This document shows, one piece after another, positions 45,057 to 57,608 of a DNA stretch of 64,000 bases. The stretch lies in the NCBI GenBank assembly GCA_004764695.1, contig SMSO01000031.1, positions 4,688,436 to 4,752,435 on the forward strand, in the 5' to 3' direction. The DNA is from Schizochytrium sp. TIO01. Lineage: Eukaryota; Protista; Bigyra: Labyrinthulomycetes. The translations under genes and the position numbers were made by a program. Below the pieces are notes generated by a model, which had not been told where the DNA came from, did no database searches, and worked only from the letters and a program-made list of their open reading frames with translations. Within the stretch, counting starts at the first letter, position 1. Each line of letters starts with the position of its first letter.

Positions 45057-47663
45057 CTAGTCTTGATGCATGTGCTCATGCTCTTGGCGGGGTTGCGGTT
45101 CTTCCTCTTGCTCTTGCTGCTCAAGAGCTGCGATTTCACGCTGGCGTTGCAACCTCCTCTGTTGCTCTCTGGACCGGAGAATTAGGACAGCTAAAAGAAG
45201 AATAGAGAGAACAATAGCAACAACCGTGTCATCTTCTAGATCCACAGCTGTAGCTAGTGGGTCAAAACTCCCGAGGGCAATAGCAAGATCTTTGAAGAAA
45301 GAGAATGGATCAGTATCATATACATCCACTGTTGTAGAGCTCTGATCTGGCAAGCTGACACCACCTGTTGTGGTAGGGGGGGGGGCTGCTTCTGCCTGCT
45401 CAACATCCTCGCCATTCCCATAAAAGAAGTCTATCCATCGTGCAAGGGCTGGAATAAATGAAGGAAGGTCCGTGGCACTCTCCTTAAATAGTATTGCGCG
45501 ATAAATTCGATGCATCCACAAACCGCTAAGTGCTAGAGAAACAGGTACCTTCGCATCAACATGGGCTCCTTCTGCAAGATCATAGTAGCGCTTTGCAAGG
45601 TGGAAATCTCTATCCAAACCAATTCCATGTTGATGCATGAACCCAAGATTAAACATAGCTTGCGCATTGCGTCGGTTTGATGCCTTCTTATAATGAAATG
45701 CAGCTAGTTCATAATCAGGAGCATCCATTCCGCCCAACCCATAATAGTAATAATCCCCAATTTTAAGCCGGGCTTCTACATTCTCCTGTTCAGCAGCGAG
45801 TTCATATAGACGGAGGGCATCAGGTGATCCAGATGTATGGCCAATATGAGGTAAATTAGCGGCTGTCCAGAGGGCATCAACGATTGCGTCATGGCTAAGT
45901 TGCACACCCAGCGTTTCAGTGATGTCTCTTTCCTTATTTTCGTTGTCGGGGTTTGTCGATGCTTTCTCATCGAATACTTCAGGTTTTTTGTTCCCTCCAA
46001 AAACGCTTGCATTGATATCAGCTCCGTCATCAAGAAGCCACGCGGCGTTACTTTGTGCTACCTCATAACCAAGTTCTGCAGCAAGGAGGTAAATCTGCAA
46101 AGAACTGTCTGCATCATCATAGCTATTCCATAGTAGAAATGCTCGTGAAAGGAGTTGTACAGGGTCACCTCGCTCTGCCACCGCCTTGAAAAGATGCATG
46201 GCATTTTCGCACTGACGAGGAGTTCCAATGCCGTGAAGATTCATCTGCGCAAGCTTATGCATGGCAAGGGTGTGCCCCTTTTGCACCGCCATTTGAAAAT
46301 AGTTAAGAGCAGTAGGATAGTTCCGGCGACGTACTCCTACTCCACTAACATATAGAGCACCAAGGTTATAGTAAGCCTCTGCGTTTCCCATTTCAGCAGC
46401 ATCATTGAAGAATTTCTGAGCACGCTCTCGATCTTGCTCAACGTGTAGACCGTAAAGATACATAAAACCTAGTCCATTCATCCCAGCTGCGGAGCCGGCT
46501 TCCGCAGCAGCACTAAAGTTGCCGAATGCCGCCCGCAAGTCCTGCTTTACAGCCATACCTTTGACCAGCATGTGAGCTAAACTTGTCTGTGCTAGAGGTT
46601 CCCCGGTAGCCGCTGCACGTTGAAAGAACTTGGCAGCTACTTGGTGGTCTCGTTCGACACCGCGTGCGCCATAGAAATAAATTTGTCCGAGCGCTACTAG
46701 AGCTGGGACATCTCCCTTTTCGGCGGCATGCTTGTAGTAGTCTACAACTTCTTCATCCTCCGAACGTACAGCTCGGTTTCCAGTGTAAGAGTATGACTTT
46801 TTATCTAGACTGACTCTGTCTCTCTCATTCAAAGGACCAACACCAATGGTCTCGATTTGGTCAGCGGCTTTATTGGCCGCAAGTTCATAATACAGGACGG
46901 CAGTTTTGCAATCTCGTGGGACTCCAAGACCCATGCTATGCCGGAAACCGAGAGCCATCTGGGCCTCCATGCTGCCTCCGATGGCAGCAAAATAATAATG
47001 AAGGGCCATTTTCACTTGGTCCTGGGGTACTCCAAGGGCCCCTGTAGCATATAAAGAGCCCATGCGGAACTGAGCAGTTTCATTACCCAAAGATGCCCCA
47101 AGTTCATATAGCTCCACAGCCCTCGACCTATTCAACATCGGGTGATCTTCTGCGCTAACAAGGGATCTAGATAGAACATGACCATCTTCAGAAGTACCGT
47201 GAGTGCCATAATTGATGTCTTTATGCACAAAAGAAGGCCAAACATTTTCGTGTGCAATAGCAAGCTCTGTTGCAGCAGCGCCTCTTACAGGAGCTGGTAG
47301 GTTTTTGTCCATCATAGTATCTTCTAACAGTGCCCGAGTTTCCTTTACAGTGCGAGTTTGTGCTCTCGCAAGTTGATATTTTGCCAAAGATGCTTCAATC
47401 TCGATTGTTGACTTTGGGTTCGCTGCTTCTACCGTTGCAGTTGCTGCTGCTGTTGCAGCAGCAGCTGCTGATGTGGATGTTTCAGCAGATTGCGCAGAAT
47501 TCGAAGACGATGTAATTGATGCATCTGCAATGCCATTTACAGCAAGAGAAAGTGTGGATCCGCACATGGCAAGAAAAAGAACACTCAGGAGCGCGAGGGA
47601 TACAAAGCTCCTGAAAGCGAATCCTTGTCGCTTTCGGCGCCACATTTTTCTTTTCATAAACAT
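45057..47663 (-). CDS. SEL1L: SEL1L/Hrd3-like ERAD component (SEL1 repeats)
   Basis: Signal peptide; many SEL1 repeats (AQMALGFRHSMGLGVPRDC, ALVALGQIYFYGARGV); family motifs GYEVAQSNAAWLL, KIGDYYYYG, DFHLAKRYYD; C-terminal TM helix. Confidence 0.9.
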   Translation of the reverse strand: MFMKRKMWRRKRQGFAFRSFVSLALLSVLFLAMCGSTLSLAVNGIADASITSSSNSAQSAETSTSAAAAATAAATATVEAANPKSTIEIEASLAKYQLARAQTRTVKETRALLEDTMMDKNLPAPVRGAAATELAIAHENVWPSFVHKDINYGTHGTSEDGHVLSRSLVSAEDHPMLNRSRAVELYELGASLGNETAQFRMGSLYATGALGVPQDQVKMALHYYFAAIGGSMEAQMALGFRHSMGLGVPRDCKTAVLYYELAANKAADQIETIGVGPLNERDRVSLDKKSYSYTGNRAVRSEDEEVVDYYKHAAEKGDVPALVALGQIYFYGARGVERDHQVAAKFFQRAAATGEPLAQTSLAHMLVKGMAVKQDLRAAFGNFSAAAEAGSAAGMNGLGFMYLYGLHVEQDRERAQKFFNDAAEMGNAEAYYNLGALYVSGVGVRRRNYPTALNYFQMAVQKGHTLAMHKLAQMNLHGIGTPRQCENAMHLFKAVAERGDPVQLLSRAFLLWNSYDDADSSLQIYLLAAELGYEVAQSNAAWLLDDGADINASVFGGNKKPEVFDEKASTNPDNENKERDITETLGVQLSHDAIVDALWTAANLPHIGHTSGSPDALRLYELAAEQENVEARLKIGDYYYYGLGGMDAPDYELAAFHYKKASNRRNAQAMFNLGFMHQHGIGLDRDFHLAKRYYDLAEGAHVDAKVPVSLALSGLWMHRIYRAILFKESATDLPSFIPALARWIDFFYGNGEDVEQAEAAPPPTTTGGVSLPDQSSTTVDVYDTDPFSFFKDLAIALGSFDPLATAVDLEDDTVVAIVLSILLLAVLILRSREQQRRLQRQREIAALEQQEQEEEPQPRQEHEHMHQD

Positions 47664-48542
47664 CAGGGTCTTACTCGGATTCCGTGCGAGTATTTTATTT
47701 CGAGCGAGAGAGATTTAGTGGCTGCTTCAAAGGCCTGCGTAACCTTGATCCAAAATCAGTTCAAGCTGCTTAGTTGAGAGAGGAGAAACAACGCCTCCAC
47801 CAGAAAGGATCTCCGTAAAATCTTGCAATTCTTAGACCCTTTTTTGTAAGACTCAAACCACAGGAAGTATATACTCAACTCAGGGTTGGGCAAGCAGCTA
47901 GCCGCAATACTTTTGATCTTTCACCTCCGAATATGCTCTTCGTCTTAAACGAACTTAAAGAATTGAGCGATCTACCTAGCTATCTACCGAAGCGAAGAAT
48001 TGCGTTGCAGTTGTCAGGACTGGAGAGGGCCTCTGCAGCACCAGGAACCTAAGGGGTGAAAAACCGGCGGTTCACTCGCCGCCGCCTCAACCCCGCGACG
48101 AACTCGCGTAGGTGGCGGTGAACGAGCGAAGTGAGTCTGCGCAGGATTCGCTTTGCTTGCTCGCCGAATAAATAAGAATAAGGGTCTCTCTTTCATTTAG
48201 TTTCTCACTCTACCTACTACTCTATAAGCTACTCCTATGCCACTTTATGAAACTTGACTATGCATTCTCTTGCTTCTACTTTATAATACTCTATACTCTA
48301 CTTGCGCATGGTTTATCTATGGGAGCCACCGTGGCAGTGCTATCAAGCACTACGCATACTAATACACGAAGTCAGAATAAAGCATACTACTACGCAAAAT
48401 TGATGATATGCATACTATTACACAAAGTATGAGTTGCGGAATGCAATGCACTGCAGTGAGCGAGATGTTATTGTATGGAAGGAGCGATAACAAATGGGAT
48501 TTAGAGCAAAAGTAGATTGACGAGATTGCGATTTCGAGCAAG

Positions 48543-49673
48543 ATGGCAAGCATCCGGGCTGTTTGTGGTATTGTGGGCCTGCCGAATGTAGGCAAGTCCA
48601 CGCTGGCGAATGCTTTGTCTCAGACGCAGGTGGCTCTCGCGTCGAACTTCCCGTTCTGCACCATTGAACCTAATGTGGCACGAGTGGCTGTGCCTGATGC
48701 AAGGCTTGCGAAGCTTGCGGACATCGCCAAGTCGGAGAAGATTGTGCCGCAAATGCTCGAACTTCACGATATCGCAGGCCTCATCAAAGGTGCCAGTGAT
48801 GGCGAAGGTCTAGGAAACAAATTCCTCGCCAACATCCGCAATGTCTCCGTCATCGTGCATGTGCTCAGATGCTTTCATAACGTGGACATTCTTCATGTGA
48901 GCGCTGATAGCCAAGGCAAGACCAACCCAATCGAAGATCTTGCAGTCGTAGATATGGAGCTGCTGTTTGCAGATATTGATTCTGTGAAAAAGCGTCTTGA
49001 AAAGAAGAAAGTTGCTCCCGAAGAGAAGCGTCTGCTTGAGGACCTCTTTAACAGCCTTGAGGCAGGTACTCCTGCGAGAGAAGTGCCTCTTCTCAGTGAG
49101 ACAAAGTACGAGCCTACTAGCAAGGAATTCGGACTTGCCCAAGAGCTCAAGCAAAACCTGCTCACGTTTAAGCCGGTGCTCCCAGTGTGTAATGTGGACG
49201 AGGACACGATCCGCGCTGGTGGTAACGAAATGACCAAGATGGTGGCGGAAGAATTCAAGAACCGCAAGTCTAAGTGTGAGCCCGTTATTGTTTGTGCCTC
49301 TCTTGAAGAGGAGGCCATCACATTTGCTCCGGAGGAGCGTGATGAGTACCTTGCAGAATACGGTCTGAAACAAACTGGTCTTGACAAGGTTGCAACGGGT
49401 GCTGCCAGTCTGCTTGACTTGGACGTTTTTTACACTGTTGGCCCCATGGAGGCGCACGCTTGGAGTATCCCCAAGGGTGCTACAGCGCGCGAGGCAGCAG
49501 GTAAAATCCACACGGACATGTACAAGGGTTTTATCGCCGCTGATACAATTGCTTACGACGATTTCATCGCATATGGTGGCGAGAAGCAGGCCAAGGAGGC
49601 TGGCAAACTCCGTTCTGAAGGCCGTGACTACATTGTCCAGTCTGGTGACGTTATGCACTTCAAATTTAACTAA
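48543..49673 (+). CDS. ychF: Obg-family ATPase YchF/OLA1
   Basis: [45 protein letters not shown], NxxE-type G4 (CNVDE), TGS domain (AAGKIHTD...[11 protein letters not shown]). Confidence 0.95.
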   Translation: MASIRAVCGIVGLPNVGKSTLANALSQTQVALASNFPFCTIEPNVARVAVPDARLAKLADIAKSEKIVPQMLELHDIAGLIKGASDGEGLGNKFLANIRNVSVIVHVLRCFHNVDILHVSADSQGKTNPIEDLAVVDMELLFADIDSVKKRLEKKKVAPEEKRLLEDLFNSLEAGTPAREVPLLSETKYEPTSKEFGLAQELKQNLLTFKPVLPVCNVDEDTIRAGGNEMTKMVAEEFKNRKSKCEPVIVCASLEEEAITFAPEERDEYLAEYGLKQTGLDKVATGAASLLDLDVFYTVGPMEAHAWSIPKGATAREAAGKIHTDMYKGFIAADTIAYDDFIAYGGEKQAKEAGKLRSEGRDYIVQSGDVMHFKFN

Positions 49674-50826
49674 ACATCAGCTTCTTACGATAGCCTTTGG
49701 CGTTTAACTTTGCCAATACCTGTTCATGTCTTTTTAATAAAAACTAGTATTACTTACCTGCTCACCAACCGTATTTGGACACCTTGTTTCGTTCTTATAT
49801 GTATGCCACTGGACTTTCGGTTTACATCCTTCTGCCCTTTACGTGGACACCTATCAATACCCACTGATTACTTTAACTTTAAGTGTCAACTTATTATGAC
49901 TTTCCTTTCAAATTATCAAATGTATGTTTAAAATGATTGAATCTATGCATTTGAGCTTAAACGTAGCTACCTACAACATTTAGTTCAGGTTTTCTCTTGG
50001 GCATAGTCCAGTTTCATCTTTGCATTCAATTAATGCTTAAATCCATATGTATTTAAAACACGATCAAATGGTTTCTGCTCGGATGGCGCCGTTAGCTTCA
50101 ACCTCAAAAACTCTGCAAAATTACTCTGAGTCATCGAGTCCAGTTGAAGTGTTTTCTCTACCTCATAGCAACTACTAGAAGCTGTTCAACCCTACTTGAA
50201 CTTGAGTCAACCAGAGTTGCACGGCCTCTAGAGTTAAAACAGTGAAACACACGAACTAAAACGAAGAAAATACTCTCCTGTAGCACTGTACAACAAACTA
50301 AACCTAAGTACTCATCTCTACAGCTGCAGTCCTCGCCAACTTCGCTCTAGAGATCCCAATATGTTCCCACTCGTCGCGAACTCCACTGCCACGAACTAAC
50401 AGAGAAGCCCACCTCATCAATACAGCAAGAACTTCCTTTCCGGCACCTAATACCTCCCAATCTAGCAACCCGTGGGACATCGGAACGATCTGAGAACCGA
50501 TTACTACCCCCCGTAGGTGGTTCTGTAGATAGTTGCCTATTAGCCACTGCTACGGCTCTAAAAACGTCTATATGCTACGAGTTGCGGAACCGAAGCCTCC
50601 GCAGGTTTCTTGTGTTTTGTTGTCCTTCTCTCCTCTTTTGCGCTGCTGTGGCTGAGGGCTCTGCCTCCTCAGGGCCGGGTCATGTGGCCGCTCGTTGGCC
50701 GCGCTTTCTTTCAGGCTCCTTCGATCCACGCCTCCGGAAAACAGAGAGACAGAAACCTCTTTTGATCCCAAAGTTCTGAAAAGCCAAGCCTCGTTAGTAG
50801 GCGCCTTCTACCTCTAACGGTAGCAC

Positions 50827-50828
<2 letters not shown>

Positions 50829-50864
<36 letters not shown>
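50829..50864. repeat. (CT)18 microsatellite
   Basis: Visible perfect repeat. Confidence 0.95.
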
Positions 50865-50868
<4 letters not shown>

Positions 50869-51089
50869 GGGCGTCTAAGAGTATCAGCTATCGGCTACTC
50901 TTAGCACCACGAGTAGGGGATTGCTATGCCTATGGAGCCCTACTGTAAAGGGTAGAAGGCAGAGCACGTTCGGTATGTAACTCTTCTCCTATCTATCTAT
51001 CTATGATCTATCTATCATATTGATCTCTTTCAAAGTGATGATCTAAGAAGAAAAGAGAGATCATGCTAATATTAGTGTATGCTTGCTTA

Positions 51090-51140
51090 CTAACTAACTA
51101 ACTAACTAACTAACTAGCTAACTAACTAACTAACTAACTA
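51090..51140. repeat. (CTAA)n microsatellite
   Basis: Visible repeat with one CTAG variant. Confidence 0.95.
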
Positions 51141-51934
51141 GTAGGTAGGTAGGCAGGTAGTGAGATAGGCATATATGTATTAATCATTCTCTCGAAGCCC
51201 TGCCCTCGCCGAACGGTCCGTGCATTCCGCTTCCGCCCGTACTCCGCGTTGGCTCGTACGCTGTGGAGACGCGGGTCGTCGGCTTTCACTTGTGTGGCGT
51301 TGGCTACGTCCACGACCGACGCTCGCCAGCTGACACGTTCGTTCCGGGTGGACTCGCCTCGGAATCTCCGACTCGACGTTCTGCTCGACTTCCTTCTTTC
51401 TTCTTGCCTTTTCTGCTCGATTTCTCGTAGCTGCGCCTGATTCAAGGCTCTGGTTTCACCTTTGCCTCATCAGCGCTCAAGTCTGGCAATATTTCTCTCT
51501 GCAGACTTTGCTTTGCTTCGATCATCTCGTATTGGCGCACTATCTGTGAAATATACTCTTCGTAGAGTTTCGAACTCTTTTCATTGCATATATATATATA
51601 TATATATATACTCATTATATATACATACAGCAACACATTCGCGTTCAGATTGACTCGCGGTGTCTTTGATTGGTATAAATTTGCTGCAGACTTCATTGAA
51701 ACTCAGCTGATTATTGATTTAAACATTGTACAGGCTCGTTTCAAGACCCAGTTCGAATTCTCTGCGTTTCTCGTTATATAGGCTAGCACCTTCTGTCAGG
51801 CGCGACAACGGGTCTGTGCAAATAACTGTCAGCTAGCAGAGGCGACACAGAGTTTTTTTTAGGTGTATCCAAGCAGTAGGCAAGTGTAAGCAGTAGCTTG
51901 GTTTGTGTCGAAAACTTAAGAAACGTCAGCAAAG

Positions 51935-53742
51935 ATGGATAGCGACGAGGAATACTACTATTATAGTGATGAGGATCAATACGAAGACGAGGACGATGGA
52001 GTAAATGTTTCTAAGCATGCCCATTCGGAGAACAAGATGGATGGGCATGATTTCTGCTCAATGTCAGTAGATGGAGAAAATAAAAACACGGAGAATGTAT
52101 TGGGCGGAGCAGGTGCAAGTTTGACCAAACCTCGCCCTCAGGCAGCGACACAAGAGGAGTACACTGTGTTAACCCCGGAAATGCTGCGTGCAGAACAAGA
52201 GAAATTGATTAATAATGTTTCTGATGTCCTCGACACCAGCTTCGACACCAGCAATGTGCTTCTTCTGCACTTTAAGTGGAATAAGGAACGTCTGTTTGAT
52301 GCTTACTATGCAGACTCCGTAAAGGCGTGCAAAGATGCTGGTGCCGTGCAGCTCGTTAGCGAAGAGCATGCTATGGATGCTGATGCGGCAGGCGGCAGCA
52401 AGGAGCAAGGCATGTTCATGTGCCAAATTCTGTATATGGAGGTACCCTACAAGTTTACTTTTTCGTTGGGTTGCACGAGTGAAGACGGCACTGAACACCG
52501 CTTCTCGCTAGACGCTTGGCAGCAATATCTGTGCACAAAGGTAAGCGAGGGAAAGATTGCATCTTCACACGATGCCCGGCAGATAAGTGTAACGCTATGA
52601 TCAGCCCAAAACAGTGGGAAAAGGTCCTTACTAGCGAAATTGAAGGTGGTCGCTCTGAAGACATGATTGCCCGCCATACTGATGCACTTCGAGTATATCG
52701 ACGGCATCTGGCCACCTCTTTTGTAGACATCAACCGTAACATTCGCTGGTGCCCAGGCAAGCACTGCCAGTGTGCAGTTCTAGCTTCCGGTGCTGTTAAG
52801 GAAGTACGTTGTTCCAGTTGCGAACAACTCTTTTGTTTCAAGTGCGGTGCGGATGCTCACGCTCCTATTTCCTGCAAGGGTCTTGTCATGTGGCAAGATA
52901 AATGCGTTAACGAGAGCGAAACGGCGAACTGGATTCTTGCAAATACTAAGATTTGTCCCAAGTGCTCAACCCGTATTGAGAAAAATCAGGGTTGCAACCA
53001 CATGACTTGCCGCGTATGCCGCCATGACTTTTGCTGGATTTGTACTCAGCCATGGAGCGAGCACGGAACCTCAACTGGTGGATACTACAACTGTAACAAG
53101 TATCGTGAGGCTGTGGGAGATGGTACTGAGGACAAAAAGGCGCGAGCTGAGAAGGAGTTAAACCGTTACTTGCACTACTACAAGCGTTACGCTTCTCATC
53201 AAGCCGCCGGGAAATTCGCTGCAGACCAGCGTAAGAATGCTGAGAAACGTATGATTGAGATGCAGGGATCTCAGCAGGACTCTAGTTGGGTCGATGTACA
53301 ATTTTTGCAGCAGGCTGCGGAGCAACTCATTGAGTGCCGTCGCGTGCTCATGTATACATATGCTTTTGCCTACTTTCTACCTGAAGGTCCCAAGAAGGAG
53401 CTCTTTGAGTACAACCAAAGCATGCTGGAAAGTAACACTGAGCATCTTAGTGAGCTTAGTGAGGCTCCTCCTGAGAAGATGGACCGTGCTGATGTTATTA
53501 ACTACACGCGTGTCACGGGCAAGTTCTTGAAGTCTTTGTTGGAGCAAGTGGAGAGCGAAGGTCTCGCAATTGATCAGGTCCGTGATACGTCTGGGGCGAG
53601 CGATAGTGAGCTCAAGCCAGGTTCTAAGAGTGTCAGCAGCAACAATAACAGCTCAGCTGCTTCGAACAGAGCCTCAAAGACTTCTCTCTTTAACTCAAGA
53701 GGCAAGGGGTCTTCATCGAAGCAAGGAAACGTTCATCGTTGA
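51935..53742 (+). CDS. ARIH1: Ariadne-family RBR E3 ubiquitin ligase (~602 aa), split by a -1 frameshift near 52549-52555
   Basis: Acidic N-terminus; UBA-like LLLHFKWNKERL; degenerate RING1; IBR WCPGKHC...CSSC...FCFKC...HAPISC; ETANWI; RING2 CPKC...IEKNQGCNHMTC..C...FCWIC (catalytic Cys ~52993); Ariadne domain LNRYLHYY...CRRVLMYTY. Confidence 0.9.
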
Positions 53743-56205
53743 AGTGGGCCACTGATGTTTCTCTTGTATGGCCATGCGCCTTTATATCAACTACAAACAA
53801 ATCTATAATTAAATCACATCATTCTAACGATTTCCTCGGTAGTTTTGGTCTCTTGCTCATCTCTTCATAATAATAACAATAATTCCACTTCTCTCAAACT
53901 TTATAATGGCGCATTATGTCCAAGGTGCAAAATACGGCAGTGGCTGTATTGGAAGGTCAAATGTTTGTTATATTGTTTCTAGTTTAGGAACCGAGAATGT
54001 AAGGCTTCGTCACTTGGAAAACTTTGTTTGTGGACTGAGTGTATATCTATCTAACTTTTCTCTAGAGTTTCCCCGCGTTTGCTGATTTGGGTTTCGTAAA
54101 GTTCTTTGTGGCTTTTTAGTTTGCATCGCGTTGGCCATCATGTTGGCCAGATGCTACAACACTGTTTAGTTACAAGTCGCGAGCTGCTTTTAGTTTCAGT
54201 TGTTTCGAAAAGCGACTACCATGTTAAACATTTTAAATATACATGCATGGCCTTGGCCGAGAAGAAGTAGCGAGAGTCTCTGATTTGATGGGCAATTTCA
54301 GCCAATCCAAAGCACTGAACTACCTTAATAAAAAAAAAAAAATCAGAAGAAAACGCGAAGACACAAGAACTCAGGGACCAAGATGAACACAATACTTTGA
54401 GGATGCTTTTGCTCCCCCTAAGGGTAGCATTCGATGGCATCTGGTAAGACGGCCCATGGTGGAAAGCAGAATCTACAAACTGAGCTTCGTATAACTCGAA
54501 GTTCGAAATGTAGTACACAGTGACTCTTGAGCAAAGCGGTAGAGAGTTTTGGTTCTTGGCACCGGGTATGAAACCCTGGTTTGTGTAAAACGAATTAAAA
54601 AGGGAAGCAGGATACGGGTTTCGGGTTTCGCTGGAACTTACCTTGACTGATGAAACTAGAGAGCCGCTGTTCTACGTGTTTTTCAATCTGGGCAGTAGTG
54701 TTTGTTGTCGCGAAACACATCCAAATGCGGTTCCTAGAGTTTGCGCTGACAACTTATAATCAAGTACATATTCTTCAAATTGAAGAAAGCAGAAATAATC
54801 ACTAAAGCACATAAAAGCACCCTGTCCTCTCCGAGCACAACTGCCCATCTCAACTCGGGGCCTCGGCCTCCTTGCCAATCTCGCCTTCTGCGCCTCCATA
54901 TTTCATAAATCCTCATCTTGCTTTCTGATCCTCCAAGTTGTGTACTCTCACAGCATTCACAGCATTCACATACGTACTCTCTGGCTATGCTGCGCGATAG
55001 GTGTAGGTAGCTAGCTACCAGCTAGCTAAGTGCCTCGCTCTCCCTGGTACGCTCCTTCTGCTTCTCGCTCCTCTGGTGAGAAGGCATCCCGAGATGGCTT
55101 ATAAATCCCGAGGTTGTCGCGAGGCCCTCTTCGCGAGCGCAGGGCACACCAACACCAGGCGCTTGGGCAGGCTTCTTGCGCTCCTCCTTGTAGCGTCAGG
55201 AGCAGCTTCCCGTGCTGCCTTGGGGTACAGCGCGCGGGTTTAGAGCGCAAGCACAGCAAACCTGCGCGACTTTGATTGATCCCATCCTTTAGGCATCCTG
55301 CATGGATTCCATGCATCCCTGCATCCATGAGAGCGCGTACATTCAATGATGATCGGTTCTCCTCGAGGATTCCGCAGTTCCTCAATTCCTCAGCTTGCCG
55401 CCATCTTTCCCTCGGCTCTTGTCGCACGAGTCTCGCGCGATAAAGATCACTTGCACGCAGTGCTCCGCCACCACCCTGAGCGGAGTGGAGTGTGGTGTCT
55501 TGGCCGAGTGGAGTTGGTTCTGGGCGCCGCCATCCATCTCATGCCGCTTCAGTCGCTCACTCGTCGTCAGAACCGTCGCTAACTGCGAAGCTCGCTTGCT
55601 CGCTTGCTTGCTTGCTTGCCTGCTTACTGCCTGCTTGTCTGCTTGTCTGCTCGCCAGGTTCCCCAAGCCTTCAGGCCAGCCCTGGCCACTCGCTGCCTGC
55701 GCCACTCGCGTTGTTCGCGCCGAGCTTGCTGCGCACCAGTATCTTGCGGCCGCTGCGCAGGAAGGACCAAGAAAGAAGAGAGAGAACGAGAAAAAAGAAG
55801 AAAAAAGAAGAAAAAAGAGGCTTTCGCCCTTTCTTCCTTCCGCTTTCCTCTCCGTTTATTGGCCTTCTTTCTAATTTTACTTCATTTTACCAATTCGTTC
55901 TTTTCTTCTTCAAGGTTAGCGCGAGGAAGAAGTAAGTAGTAAGGGAAAGAAGGAAAGGGAACCAAACAACGAGAGTCGCCTCGTCTTTGAAAGGGTGTCA
56001 TAAGTTGAGCCAACCAACCTCTATCAAACATCATGATGTTTATTAATTATTTATTTAGAAACAAGATTGGATATTAGGGAGAGAGAGGGCACTAAGTTTG
56101 GTTTGTTTTATTTTAATTAAAGTAGATGATAAAATGAGCACTTCAAAATAAACAAGGATTAAAAGAGGAAAAGTATCACCCAAATTTTAAATGAATATGA
56201 TCACG

Positions 56206-56256
<51 letters not shown>
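56206..56256. repeat. (AAT)n microsatellite
   Basis: Visible perfect repeat. Confidence 0.95.
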
Positions 56257-57543
56257 GATTGATTTAAAAATAGAAAAGTAAGAAGAAAGCCAGGCGGGCC
56301 TGTAGGCGCCAAAAAGATGTTCAACCATCTCTCGCTGACTGCCGCGAAAACAGGCCAGCTTTTCACCTGTAAGAAAGTCCTTCTATTGTTGGTGGATACG
56401 AAAGAATGTCCGCTTAATTAGGCCGAGTTCTGCATTTTATGATTCACACATGTGTGCTGATGGAGGAGGTCGATTTCTTGCTTATTTTGTTTTCTCCACA
56501 TGCTTTTGGCCGTCCCATGTTTAACACTCGCACTATTCTTTCAATCGCCTCTGTCAGTATTTTTCCTTTTAATCCCAAGGGGGAAAACTCTGATGCTCCA
56601 AGCGACCTAGTGCTCTTCAAAAGTAATACATATATATATTATATATATTAAATAATAATTTCATTTACTGGTACTTTAATTTATTTATTTTATTTTACTT
56701 TAAAAGTAAAGGTTAAAAAAGAAAAAGAAGAGAAAAAAGAAAAAAGAAAAAAGAAGAGGTTATGGTGTTATTTTTCTTAATCTTCAAATGTTTTCCAGCC
56801 AGCTACTTTAAACCATTTCAAGACCAAGTTTACACGCACATTCGCCAATCGGTTTGCTTCATTCAAATCGATCAACAAAACGTTTCCTCCCTATACGCAG
56901 CGTCCTCCATTCCAGAGGCAACAAACACTCACGCGATACGCTCGTTTTCCAACAAAGTAACGAGCTAACTCAACAGCTTATAATGGCTAGCTAGCTAGGC
57001 AACCAACTAACTAACAAACTAACTAACGATGTCGTATGCCCTTCAAGTCTGCAATTGAAGTGTTTCCTAGTTCCATCTTGACGAGACCATCTCATGAAGC
57101 CCTTCAAAGCCACCGCACTGGCCACGCTCGCTCGGATGCGCGGGCGTCCGTAGCGTCGTGGTCCTTTGCGAGGTGCTGCCACGAGTCTCGCTGGCTGCTT
57201 GGGCTCCTGTGCTTTCGCTCGCTTGCTCGCTTGCTTGTTCGCTTGCTCGCTTGCTTGCTGGCGTGCCTGGATGCAGGCACGCACGGCCTTGCGCAAGGAT
57301 GGATGCCGCCGCGGCGTCCACCAGGACTGAGGGCGGCAGCTTGAGATTCCTGCGAGACAAGACCGCAGAAGTCCACAAGCTATCGAAGAAGCTGCTGCGA
57401 GATAGTACCTTTAGAGTGTGCGCGGGAATGCGGGCAGATGGTAGCTAGCTGGGCATCGATCAACCAGGCGCCCAATGTTTAGGCGTCGGAAAGGTGGAAG
57501 ACCCTGTTCGCTATTCTGCCAACTCCAGCAAGGTCTCCCTCCA

Positions 57544-57544
<1 letters not shown>

Positions 57545-57601
<57 letters not shown>

Positions 57602-57608
57602 TTGCTGT
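57545..57608. repeat. (CTG)n microsatellite (second tract ~58380-58406)
   Basis: Visible repeat with TTG interruptions. Confidence 0.95.

Noticed and set aside
52541-52587. Intron from the strong-looking AAG|GTAAGC donor fixing the Ariadne frameshift
   Set aside because: The first in-phase acceptor (AAG at 52587) lacks an adjacent pyrimidine tract, and splicing there would remove the RING1 Cys in RCP.
54529-54580. tRNA-like A-box/B-box (GAGCAAAGCGGTAGAG…CCGGGTATGAAACCCTGG)
   Set aside because: It lacks TTC in the T loop, the box spacing is too short, and there is no acceptor or anticodon stem.
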